NCBI GenBank assembly: GCA_964521295.1
Contig: CAZFRF010000001.1
Span: 705,016-769,015 of the forward strand
Source of the DNA: an uncultured Gammaproteobacteria bacterium
GTDB lineage: Bacteria; Patescibacteriota; Microgenomatia; Levybacterales; UBA12049
Length of the DNA: 64,000 bases
Direction of reading: 5' to 3'
Shown here: positions 9,605-18,380 of the stretch, in pieces
Numbering within the stretch: the stretch's first letter is position 1
How the letters are laid out: each line of letters begins with the position of its first letter
Notes under the pieces: model-generated
Told to the model about the DNA's origin: nothing
The model's input: only the letters and a program-made list of their open reading frames with translations
The model's database searches: none
Program-made: the position numbers and the translations under genes

Positions 9605-10344
9605 TTTAATTTAACTGGAACTAAAGACATAAACGTGGTTCCTTTTCTATTCAAAGCAGGGATTGTTGTGGAGAATTTCCAGCCATTGCCTTGCTCATAG
9701 CAATCGCTTGGGGAAGCAGTAATGATTTTGTCTGTTGCTGGATCAGCGTCTACTATAACAAAGGTGTGAGCGCAAGAATTGCAACCAATCCAGTTCTTGG
9801 TAGAGGCAAGTATATACCAGCCCGCATTCGTAAAGCTACGAATCTGCATAATATCGGTGTGGGTTAAGGGTTTACCATCAACGGTATATTCACCCATGAT
9901 ATCCATTTGAGCTCTTTTGAGACCAACCGAGGAGAGAAAGCTTGGTTCAGTCATTTTTCGAGGACTAGATCCAACGCAGTCAATCCCCCCAGTACAGCTG
10001 CGGTTTCCCGGAAACCAAGCGATGCCCTTTTCTTCAAAAAGCCTAGATACAGTAACCGGGTTAGCTATGTTTGCATCAGATTGCTTTGCTTTTAGGCCAT
10101 ATGTCGCAAGAACCATAGCTACGCTTGATGGTCCACAACCAGAGCTTGCTATTGTGCCCGAATCGTATTTATTTGAATAATTAGACTGACAGTAAAATTT
10201 GAAATCTCCGTCTGCGTTTCCGCCAGAGCCGATGATAATTTCAAGGTCGGAAGATTGTGCAAAAACACGTTGAATAAGAAAAGCAGAGGAAAGGATTACT
10301 CCAACCAGGAATAGTATGGTAAAGACAGCAATTTTGTTTTTCAT
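9601..10344 (-). CDS. Exported C39-like (papain fold) peptidase
   Basis: Signal/TM segment, YCQ...SGCGPSSVAMVL catalytic Cys motif, HTFVIVD His motif. Confidence 0.7.
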   Translation of the reverse strand: MKNKIAVFTILFLVGVILSSAFLIQRVFAQSSDLEIIIGSGGNADGDFKFYCQSNYSNKYDSGTIASSGCGPSSVAMVLATYGLKAKQSDANIANPVTVSRLFEEKGIAWFPGNRSCTGGIDCVGSSPRKMTEPSFLSSVGLKRAQMDIMGEYTVDGKPLTHTDIMQIRSFTNAGWYILASTKNWIGCNSCAHTFVIVDADPATDKIITASPSDCYEQGNGWKFSTTIPALNRKGTTFMSLVPVKLK

Positions 10345-10345
10345 A

Positions 10346-11746
10346 TTATCTGCCACTAATGGCTGGACAGCTATTATTACAATTATATCTTATATAGCTG
10401 CAGCTTGAAGCTTTATTGTTTTTTTCGCAAGTCCTTTGCTTCTCCCAGAGTTTTGCACATACGGGTTGGTCTTTGTATTTTTTAGTTCCGCACATGCATC
10501 TTGCGGTTCCCCAGTATTCAAAACTGTTGTCTTGTTGCTTGTTGGTCCAGATTGCATTTTGAATTTGTCTTTGCCATGTAACATCTCCTCTGTAGGAAAG
10601 CTTCTTCCAAGGCTGACCAGGGGGATTATTGCTGCACATTTGAAATCTTCCCCAAGTTCCTAGCGCAGCGCAGTTTCCGCTGGAATTATGATTTCCGGCA
10701 TCATGTCCATTTGGACTACCAGATTCGCAGTCTGCAAGATCAGACCAAAAGTCAACCATGGAGTCAGTAATTGGCTTATTTAAAGTATCTGCTATTACTT
10801 GCTTAAATTTTTTTTCTGTGTAGGTGCATTCAGGGTCGCCAAAATTTGCTGGTTTAAGTTGCTCTTTGAAAGGCGAAAGCTTGGTGTCTACCTCAATGAT
10901 GTTCATTATTCCACCATACTTATTGCAGGTCTTATCTGAAGGAGGGCTATCCATACCAGAGTACAGATCTCCTTCGGTGGTATCTATGTCATCGGTTGCC
11001 GTTACATCACCAAACCCACTTAACTTAAGAGAGACAGTTGTTGTTCCGTTCTTAACGCCAGGAGCAATTTTGTCAGAAATTGAGATTAAATAACTGTTGC
11101 CTGGACCCTTTTGTAGGGTACTTAGTTTCCAGCCATATCTAAATTGATTTTTAGCGCTAATTATTCCTCCAGAAGAAAGACTGTCGTATGCGGGATTTGT
11201 GCTATTTTTAGTTAAACTACTAAAGAACGCGGTGTTAATCGTGATATATACCCAGGCTTTATTTGGATCTACCTTTATTTTACTTTTATCAGCAAACACA
11301 AAGGCATACACGGTTATGTTTAAATTTCCTGTTTTGTTGTCTAGTACAGGGCAGTTCGTTCGAGAAGAGCTGCTGCAGCTAAGATATGCGTATCCACCAT
11401 TGAAGGTGAGTATTTTGGGTAGATTGGACGGAGGATTGTTTTGCGAGGATTCTGTTGTTTGTTGGGTAGTGCCTAATCCTCCTCCGCCGCCAAGTATGCT
11501 TAATAGCAGGGTGGTTACAAATAGAGCTACAAATACCCCTATTACTCCCCAAACCGCTGGAGAAAGTCCTGAGACAAGCGATTGAACGGTCTGTGCAGTA
11601 GAGTAAGCTCTTTGAGTGCTTTTAACAAATCTCCAGGCATTTCGTGCTTGTTTGGCTCTGTTGAGATTTTGTTCTAAAAACGATTTGTCATTTTGATTAG
11701 AGCCTTTATCTTCCTGAGCGTTTATTTTTATCTCATCGTCTTGCAT
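10346..11746 (-). CDS. Membrane-anchored protein with C-terminal lysozyme/lytic transglycosylase-like domain
   Basis: One TM helix; LADCESG...TWGRFQM resembles the ES...GLFQ transglycosylase signature; Cys-rich tail. Confidence 0.55.
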   Translation of the reverse strand: MQDDEIKINAQEDKGSNQNDKSFLEQNLNRAKQARNAWRFVKSTQRAYSTAQTVQSLVSGLSPAVWGVIGVFVALFVTTLLLSILGGGGGLGTTQQTTESSQNNPPSNLPKILTFNGGYAYLSCSSSSRTNCPVLDNKTGNLNITVYAFVFADKSKIKVDPNKAWVYITINTAFFSSLTKNSTNPAYDSLSSGGIISAKNQFRYGWKLSTLQKGPGNSYLISISDKIAPGVKNGTTTVSLKLSGFGDVTATDDIDTTEGDLYSGMDSPPSDKTCNKYGGIMNIIEVDTKLSPFKEQLKPANFGDPECTYTEKKFKQVIADTLNKPITDSMVDFWSDLADCESGSPNGHDAGNHNSSGNCAALGTWGRFQMCSNNPPGQPWKKLSYRGDVTWQRQIQNAIWTNKQQDNSFEYWGTARCMCGTKKYKDQPVCAKLWEKQRTCEKNNKASSCSYIRYNCNNSCPAISGR

Positions 11747-11748
11747 TG

Positions 11749-13530
11749 TTAAGCCTCCTTATTTTTCAGTATTTCTTGCGGGTTTGACGTAATCATTTCA
11801 TGCTCAAAAGGAGCTGCTACGATTTGTATGGCTACATGATTTTGTCCTGCGAAAAACAACCCTTCTCCAATATTGGCAGAGAGAAGTAGTTCTTTTTCAC
11901 CTTGAGTTAAGTAAAACACGTCTGAAACTAGGTCAATTTCTGATGGACTTTGCTTTAAAATCATTTGGATAGAAGAGTTAGACAAAACAGCCTTTCCATA
12001 GTCTGTGGAAAGGAAGTCCTGAACGTCCTGTGTGGCAGTAGTAAGCCCCAGGTAGTACTTTCTCGATCTTTTGGCAATAGAATACACAAATGAGGCAGAG
12101 TCTTCATATTTCATCATGTACCAGGCCTCATCTAGTATTAATAACCTTTTTTTTAGATCTTTTCTAACCTTTGTCCAAACAAAGTCTAAGATTATATGCA
12201 TCGCAATTGGCCTTAACTCCTCTTCTAGTCCGCGCAGGTTAAAAACGGTGAAGGGGTTAGAGATGTCAAAGTTTGACTGTTGGTTAAAAATCCCGGACAA
12301 AGAACCCTTGATAAATTTTTCAAGCATTAGGGCGAGTTCTTTGGCTTTTTCTTCTTCCATCCCAAGCAAGACTTTGTATAGATCCTCCATGATTGGCGGC
12401 GTCCTCTTTTGGGTGGATGGTTCAACCGTAATGCCTTTTTGCCTATATGTTTCAACAAGCGCTCTATCTAGTATTGCATCGTGGGCTGGGTCTAGTTTGC
12501 CTAGAACTATTTTTAATAATCCATGGAGACTAAGTATTTTGAGCCCCAGTTCGTTTTCGCCCTCTTCGTAGAGACCGGTTAAATCAAAGGGGTTAATTTT
12601 AATAGCCGATGAGGCATTAAAGCTAACTTGTTCTCCGCCTAGGGTCTGAGCTAATTTTTCATACTCTCCTTCGGGATCGATGATTATGACTTCTGTTCCA
12701 AAGATAAACTGGCGCATTGCTTCAAGTTTAATTAAGTAAGATTTTCCGGATCCAGATTTGCCGAGAACAACCTCGTTGGCATTTTCTAGGCTAAATCTGT
12801 CAAAGATAATTAAGGATCCGTTTTGTTGATTTATTCCATACATTATTCCTCTATCTTGAGTAAGGGTTGCAGATGTAAAAGGAAAAGTAGACGCAAGTGA
12901 GGTCGTGTCCATATTGTGGGTAATCAATAGTTTATCTGATGCAATTGGAATTGAAGACTTAAACCCATCCTCCATTTGTAACGTGGCAGTTTTGGATAAA
13001 AGGAGGAGGGAGCTAAGCGTTGAATTTAGATTTTTTGACGCTTCGTGTAGTTCCTCTAATGAATCAGATGCAAGGGATACGTATAGGCTAACCTGGAAAA
13101 ATCTTTCCATCCCTTTTGCTAATTCTTCTTGTACGCTAAGCGCGTCTTCCAACGATGCTTGAACAGTAGGGTTTGTCTCTAATCCTTCTTCCTCGTCGGA
13201 GGCAAGGGTCGCTTCCATTTCAGCAATTTTTCTTCTTAAATCAGATAAAACATCTGGCGTCGAGGAGGGGTAGATGAACATAGAGACGTTCATTGAATGA
13301 TCAAAGTTTATTAGTGGTGCAAGCCAGTTTGGATTAACATACCTTGGGTAGCCTGCTATAAACAAAGTTTTGTGAACCTTTTCTCCTACTCGAATATTGT
13401 TGAAATCAACCTCAACAGATGAAGGGGCAATAATATCTGGGATTGAGTTTGTCCCTCTTTGTAGCGCTTGGAGTCGAGGATCTGTTACGACCTGATTTGT
13501 TTCTTTATTTTGCTTTTTTTTGCCAAACAT
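11749..13530 (-). CDS. virB4: VirB4-like type IV secretion ATPase
   Basis: LGKSGSGKS Walker A, IIDPEGEY, INPFD, LILDEAW Walker B, RSRKY, TATQ. Confidence 0.9.
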   Translation of the reverse strand: MFGKKKQNKETNQVVTDPRLQALQRGTNSIPDIIAPSSVEVDFNNIRVGEKVHKTLFIAGYPRYVNPNWLAPLINFDHSMNVSMFIYPSSTPDVLSDLRRKIAEMEATLASDEEEGLETNPTVQASLEDALSVQEELAKGMERFFQVSLYVSLASDSLEELHEASKNLNSTLSSLLLLSKTATLQMEDGFKSSIPIASDKLLITHNMDTTSLASTFPFTSATLTQDRGIMYGINQQNGSLIIFDRFSLENANEVVLGKSGSGKSYLIKLEAMRQFIFGTEVIIIDPEGEYEKLAQTLGGEQVSFNASSAIKINPFDLTGLYEEGENELGLKILSLHGLLKIVLGKLDPAHDAILDRALVETYRQKGITVEPSTQKRTPPIMEDLYKVLLGMEEEKAKELALMLEKFIKGSLSGIFNQQSNFDISNPFTVFNLRGLEEELRPIAMHIILDFVWTKVRKDLKKRLLILDEAWYMMKYEDSASFVYSIAKRSRKYYLGLTTATQDVQDFLSTDYGKAVLSNSSIQMILKQSPSEIDLVSDVFYLTQGEKELLLSANIGEGLFFAGQNHVAIQIVAAPFEHEMITSNPQEILKNKEA

Positions 13531-14183
13531 TATTTTACCTCCTTTCCTTTTACAATCGCCTTACCCTCTGTTTCATGTTTGGGGGTAAGGGACATCTCAT
13601 TGAAAATGTCATAATAGAGCTTTATTAGCTTATTTCGATCTAATATTTCCGATTTTAAGCCAATTCGTCCAAGTTGATTTCGAACGGTTTCTGCTTTAGA
13701 TCTTAAAACAGGCCCTGCTTGTTTGGAAAACTCTTCTAGAGCGCTAAGTCCAGCTACTTGCTTTGCTCCAAACACGCCTTTTTCTAAAGAAGAATAGGGA
13801 ACAACAATATAAAAGTTCTTGTCTAGTACGGAATTAACCTTAATTAGTTCTGCGACAAAATTTCTATACATCTGAATATGCTGAGAGAAGTTAGGGTTAA
13901 GTGTTTTTCTGGCCTCTTCGGTTAGCGCGTCCAGATAGCTTGAGATATTTAAAAGCTTGCTTCTTACAACTATTTGAATAGAAAAAGAAAGAGAGTTTAA
14001 CAGAGCTGAGTATGCATAGATTTTGGCATTTTGTTCTTGTTCCGATAGTAAATCGAAGTTAGTTGCTTCTACTTTTATTACCATGCAGGCGTTTCCGCCT
14101 GGAAGCACAACTACGTCATCAAATATATCTTGAATCTCAATAAATTTTTGGGTTGAGTTTGGTTTTATGCTTGCTTTGCCCAT
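13530..14183 (-). CDS. VirB4-associated protein (resembles a TraC/VirB4 N-terminal region)
   Basis: NFDLLSEQEQ...LLNSLSFSIQIVVRS...FYIVVPY; coupled between prgI and virB4. Confidence 0.65.
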   Translation of the reverse strand: MGKASIKPNSTQKFIEIQDIFDDVVVLPGGNACMVIKVEATNFDLLSEQEQNAKIYAYSALLNSLSFSIQIVVRSKLLNISSYLDALTEEARKTLNPNFSQHIQMYRNFVAELIKVNSVLDKNFYIVVPYSSLEKGVFGAKQVAGLSALEEFSKQAGPVLRSKAETVRNQLGRIGLKSEILDRNKLIKLYYDIFNEMSLTPKHETEGKAIVKGKEVK

Positions 14184-15361
14184 TAGTTAAAAAGAGACCT
14201 CCTTAGCTCTTCTCTTTGATCGGTAGAGATAACCTCAATAGGCATAATTACTTCTCCTTTGGTTTCAAATGCAACAGAGTCAAATCGATTTTGTCCTTTT
14301 GGATCCTCAAAACTAATGGTATATTTCCCATTGTTAAGAGCTGTGGCTGAGGCAAAATGTCCTAGGGCATTAGTTTTAAAAGCTCTTACAGCGTTTCCTT
14401 CTTCATCTTTAACCTCGACTAAAACATTAGCTAAGGGGTTTCCCCTAGGATCTTTAATGATTCCCGTAAGTAAGTTGGGGAATTCAGGGACACTTGGAAG
14501 TCCTACACTTTGGCTCATTGAATGAGGAATACTTCTTACAAATTTAGTCTCTTTTGCAGGAGCAGTCGTAGCAGTAGAAGGAGTAAAAACAGGCGAGCTT
14601 GAGCTATTCATATTTTTTTGAATCTCAATTAGTTTTTTCTCTAATTCTTCTTTTTGAGTTAGCATCTCATTCATTTGTTTTTGCAATTCCAAGACCTTTT
14701 GATGTGCGTCTAAAAGAGCTTGGGGATCAGCTTGGGCCTGTTTTTGTTCATTTACCTTTGCTTGAGCAAGCTCTTTTTCGAGTAAAGCAGCTGTTTTAAT
14801 TAATTCTTGGTTTTCTTCTGGCGCTTTAATTTTCTCTGGAGCTTGGGAAGAAGGCATTGGTTGGGCCACGGGTTGTCCTTGCCTAGCGTAGTAGTGCGAG
14901 GGAATACTGTTGGGAACGTTAATGTTGGAAGTTTGAGCTGAATATGCATTTAGATTTTGAAAAAATACAGATTCTTTTTGATCTAGTTTATTTTTTGGCT
15001 TATTTTTTATAAAGTTTTTAAACTGTTGGCTAGCTAGGGCATTTGGGTCTTCTTGTTTTGCCCATAGGCTTGCTCCCTGTTTTTGATATATATATTGAGT
15101 TGGGCTAAACACGGCTTTAAAAAAATGGGCAATCATTAAGTCTAAAGGCCGCCCAGATACTTGTAAAAAGGCAAAGCCTGCGCCAATTGCTCCAAAAGCT
15201 ATAGCTAAAGGAGCCTTGATAACAAAAGGCAAGGGCAAGATGTATGTAATCCAACCAATAATAGCCCCAGCTGCAATATAGGCAAACTGCTTTACCGTCA
15301 TGTCTCCAATTAGCTTGAATTGAAAACCTGTAATGTCTTGTGGAATAGGATGATTTTCCAT
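14183..15361 (-). CDS. PrgI-family (VirB3-like) protein with coiled coil and C-terminal beta-sandwich
   Basis: HPIPQDITGFQFKLIGDMTVKQF, two TM helices, GRPLD; C-terminal GIIKDPRGNPLANVLVEV. Confidence 0.8.
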   Translation of the reverse strand: MENHPIPQDITGFQFKLIGDMTVKQFAYIAAGAIIGWITYILPLPFVIKAPLAIAFGAIGAGFAFLQVSGRPLDLMIAHFFKAVFSPTQYIYQKQGASLWAKQEDPNALASQQFKNFIKNKPKNKLDQKESVFFQNLNAYSAQTSNINVPNSIPSHYYARQGQPVAQPMPSSQAPEKIKAPEENQELIKTAALLEKELAQAKVNEQKQAQADPQALLDAHQKVLELQKQMNEMLTQKEELEKKLIEIQKNMNSSSSPVFTPSTATTAPAKETKFVRSIPHSMSQSVGLPSVPEFPNLLTGIIKDPRGNPLANVLVEVKDEEGNAVRAFKTNALGHFASATALNNGKYTISFEDPKGQNRFDSVAFETKGEVIMPIEVISTDQREELRRSLFN

Positions 15362-15463
15362 AATAAATACCTCTATTTCTAGTATTTACCGTGAAAAATA
15401 TCATTTCAAGGTTATCAAAATATAACAAACCTCAAATTAAGTGGATCTACTTTTGCGTGAAAA

Positions 15464-15784
15464 CTATTTAAAGGAAAAATTATCTAAACCAGAAACTCCA
15501 GTTATGCGACCAATTAAATTGACGATAGCAAAAGAAGCAAAAATTAAAATCAGCCCAAGTAGAGAGTAGAGGAAGGTTTTTCTTGCAGAGTCAATGGATT
15601 TTGAATCTCCTCCTGAATTGATAAATTTAATTCCTGAATAAATTATCATAAATAGAGCAATAGTTCCTGCGCCAGCAAGTAGCCAATTTACAGCTAGGGC
15701 TATTAAATCAGGAATACAAGTAAGGTTGGGGATACCATGTCCTCTGCCTGCCATTTGAGTGCAAGACCAATCCATCTTAAACAT
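15464..15784 (-). CDS. VirB2/TrbC-like T4SS pilin
   Basis: TM-SGIKFINSGGDSKSIDSARKT-TM hairpin signature. Confidence 0.85.
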   Translation of the reverse strand: MFKMDWSCTQMAGRGHGIPNLTCIPDLIALAVNWLLAGAGTIALFMIIYSGIKFINSGGDSKSIDSARKTFLYSLLGLILIFASFAIVNLIGRITGVSGLDNFSFK

Positions 15785-15828
15785 AATAAATATACAATAT
15801 CATTCCTAAGTAGTTTTAACAATAGATT

Positions 15829-16251
15829 TTAACGGCCGATTGATGGAAGGACAAAGAAGTTTGCTGTTTGTCCAGGAATAAAGAATCCAAGTAAGATATT
15901 CAATATAAAGTAGGATAAGAATATTATGACTAAGCCAATTACGGCTGCAATAATATGCTCTCTCGCTGCTCCAACTGCAGATTTGTCTCCACCTGAGGTT
16001 AACCATTTAAATCCACCCCAGATTAGGTAGAAAAGAGCAACAATTATTGAGATAACAAAGATAAAAGAAATGATTGCTGGAATAGCATTACTAACGGAGA
16101 ATCCACATAAAGGATTAAATTGCCCAGCTGGGCAAAGCTCAACTCTGGTTGCTCCTGCTGGAACAGTTGGGGTAGGGGTAGCCGCCATTGCTACGTTAGC
16201 TAATAATAAATATGCTGGCGTTAGGACTGAGGTAGATAATAATTTTTTCAT
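15829..16251 (-). CDS. VirB2/TrbC-like T4SS pilin
   Basis: Signal peptide, TM-GGFKWLTSGGDKSAVGAAREHI-TM. Confidence 0.85.
   Translation of the reverse strand: MKKLLSTSVLTPAYLLLANVAMAATPTPTVPAGATRVELCPAGQFNPLCGFSVSNAIPAIISFIFVISIIVALFYLIWGGFKWLTSGGDKSAVGAAREHIIAAVIGLVIIFLSYFILNILLGFFIPGQTANFFVLPSIGR
15946..16025. repeat. Direct repeat copy 1 (pilin core), 79/80 identical to 16535-16614
   Basis: Base-by-base comparison; first 69 bp identical. Confidence 0.95.
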
Positions 16252-16294
16252 GTATATATTTAGACTAAACAGTTTTTAAATAATTGTCAAGAGT

Positions 16295-16810
16295 CTATTT
16301 ACAGCTATATGCAATAGCTCCGCCGGTAACGTTAGATGCTTGACATGTTTGTCCTGCGTTACAGCATTTTGGTCCACAAGCAAACTTTGACCCTGTACAT
16401 GTTGCACCGCTTGTTGTGCTATTCGTTATTGAGGGTATGGTAAAGTTGCTCAAACTAAAGCCTGGGATAAAGAAGTTTATTACAATATTTAGGATTAAAT
16501 AAGATAAAAAGATAACAATAAGGCCAATGATTGATGCAATAATATGCTCTCTCGCTGCTCCAACTGCAGATTTGTCTCCACCTGAGGTTAACCATTTAAA
16601 TCCTCCCCAGATTAAATAAAGCAGGGCAACAATTGTTGAGAGAACGAAGATAAAGTTTATAAAACTAGCTATAAGTTTCGCAGGGTCTCCCGCTGCATTA
16701 CAGATTACACCAAAGCTTCCAGTTGGGCATAATGTGCTAGCTGCAAAAACAGGAGAGGTTAATCCAAAAAAGCTGAAGGAAAAGATAAGGCCTGTGAGTA
16801 GTTTTTTCAC
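16295..16810 (-). CDS. VirB2/TrbC-like T4SS pilin with Cys-rich tail
   Basis: Same core as its neighbour plus CTGSKFACGPKCC...C tail. Confidence 0.85.
   Translation of the reverse strand: MKKLLTGLIFSFSFFGLTSPVFAASTLCPTGSFGVICNAAGDPAKLIASFINFIFVLSTIVALLYLIWGGFKWLTSGGDKSAVGAAREHIIASIIGLIVIFLSYLILNIVINFFIPGFSLSNFTIPSITNSTTSGATCTGSKFACGPKCCNAGQTCQASNVTGGAIAYSCK
16535..16614. repeat. Direct repeat copy 2 (pilin core)
   Basis: Matches 15946-16025 at an offset of 589 bp. Confidence 0.95.
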
Positions 16811-16819
16811 CTTAAATAA

Positions 16820-16848
16820 ATCTTAGGCACAATTTACTGGTTTGTCAA
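16820..16848 (-). promoter_or_regulatory. sigma70 promoter of pilin 16810
   Basis: TTGACA-17bp-TAAGAT, GTG 9 nt downstream. Confidence 0.7.
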
Positions 16849-16851
16849 GTC

Positions 16852-17187
16852 CTAGGGTAGTTTTAGTAAGTTTACCCCAAAATAGACGCCTAAAATATTT
16901 AGTATAAAGTAGGAAATAAAAACAATTACTAATCCTACAATCGTAAATCCGATTCTTTGTCTTGCCTGTTGAACTTTTTGCTTGTCTCCAGCGGAGGTCA
17001 TCCATTGCCAGCCTGAGTAAATTAATATTATTAATCCAAAAACAATAGCAAAGAGCGTGATAAATGCAAGGCCTGTTTTAATTGCCTTAATTAAAGTATC
17101 AAGTCCTCCCGTCGGCATACCACTTACACTTTGAACCTTTATTGGTTGCTTATCTGGGCCCATTATTGAGAGCGCAATTAGTTTCAT
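16852..17187 (-). CDS. VirB2/TrbC-like T4SS pilin
   Basis: TM-SGWQWMTSAGDKQKVQQARQRI-TM. Confidence 0.85.
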   Translation of the reverse strand: MKLIALSIMGPDKQPIKVQSVSGMPTGGLDTLIKAIKTGLAFITLFAIVFGLIILIYSGWQWMTSAGDKQKVQQARQRIGFTIVGLVIVFISYFILNILGVYFGVNLLKLP

Positions 17188-17188
17188 G

Positions 17189-18343
17189 TTATTTTCCAAA
17201 TCCAGGCAATCTTAGTATGTCATATCCAATAGTTTGTAATATCACTAAGGAAAAGATTGTAAAAAGAAGACCGATAATGGCAGCGGTTAGTTGGTCTTTC
17301 GCTCCTTGTATTTTTTCAGGATTTCCCTGCGAAACCATGAGTCTGTAGCCTGAAAAAATAATTAAAATAGTGGCAATTCCGCCAATGACGCCAAATAAAA
17401 TTCCCATTAAAGTTTTTATAAACTCTCCAGGTCCACCTGTAAAGTTTATTTTTATGCCTAGGCCTGTTTGTATTTGGCAATTCTTATTTTTTACCTGATC
17501 TTCGCTACAAATGGGGGTAGGCGTGTTGTATCTGTATTTTGGACTTTCAAATGTAATTGCGGATTTAACAACAGAGCACTTTTCCTGTCTATCGTTAGCG
17601 CATCTGCATTCGTAGTTGCTGCATACGCTGGTGGATTTTCCGCAGGTACCGGAGGTTATGCATCCTTTTAGACATTTTCCTGATATGCAGGCATCTCCTA
17701 ATGATCCTCCCGTTTGGCAGTAGTAGCCAGAAGCGCAATTTCCTCTAGGCTTAGAGTTGCCTGCTCCGTTTTGACTGCACATGTTGTAGTCTTCGGAGTC
17801 TGGAGTGATCCTGCAATCTTGATTATTTCCTTGTCCATCTCCTGGGGGAGGCTTGGGCTCCGAGCCATCTGAATTATTAATAGTTAGGCTGCTTTTGCAG
17901 ATAGCAAATCCTTCGTCATCGCAGGTTGCTGGAGACGTGTTTTGTCCAAATACAGCATTGCAGAGCTTAAGAGTGTATTTGCCGCTTTTAAGAGTGTTAA
18001 TGTCTTGTAGGGTGTCTGTACGGAAAACCAAAGGCTCCCCAGATTGCTTGTCTTCCACCCACGTTGCACATCCTAAGCCAAACTGATCTGACAGGTTGGG
18101 GTTTGGAGTGCAAAACTCCCCGGTAGCATCCCCAATGATAACTGCGAAGTACTGGTTTCCATTAGAATCATTATCCGAAATATTGTTAAAAGTAAGCTCT
18201 TTAACAGATCCTGGATTTATTTTGGAGTTTTTAGTATTAGGGTTAAAAGAAAAAGAGCATTCGCTTATTGCAAGAGCCTGATCTTTTAAAACAAAGAATA
18301 GGCAAGAAACAAAAAAGAATAATAAAAAAATTTTTCTTAACAC
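17189..18343 (-). CDS. Large pilin: Cys-rich exported N-terminal region fused to a C-terminal VirB2-like domain
   Basis: About 20 Cys; C-terminal SGYRLMVSQGNPEKIQGAKDQL between two TM helices. GTG 18343 lies 6 nt after TACGAT. Confidence 0.8.
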   Translation of the reverse strand: MLRKIFLLFFFVSCLFFVLKDQALAISECSFSFNPNTKNSKINPGSVKELTFNNISDNDSNGNQYFAVIIGDATGEFCTPNPNLSDQFGLGCATWVEDKQSGEPLVFRTDTLQDINTLKSGKYTLKLCNAVFGQNTSPATCDDEGFAICKSSLTINNSDGSEPKPPPGDGQGNNQDCRITPDSEDYNMCSQNGAGNSKPRGNCASGYYCQTGGSLGDACISGKCLKGCITSGTCGKSTSVCSNYECRCANDRQEKCSVVKSAITFESPKYRYNTPTPICSEDQVKNKNCQIQTGLGIKINFTGGPGEFIKTLMGILFGVIGGIATILIIFSGYRLMVSQGNPEKIQGAKDQLTAAIIGLLFTIFSLVILQTIGYDILRLPGFGK

Positions 18344-18380
18344 CTTTTTATCGTAACGCAACAATGAGGTAAATTTCAAG

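Noticed and set aside
9907-14799. Many short plus-strand ORFs, including 12071-12571
   Set aside because: Antisense to well-supported T4SS genes and carry no motifs
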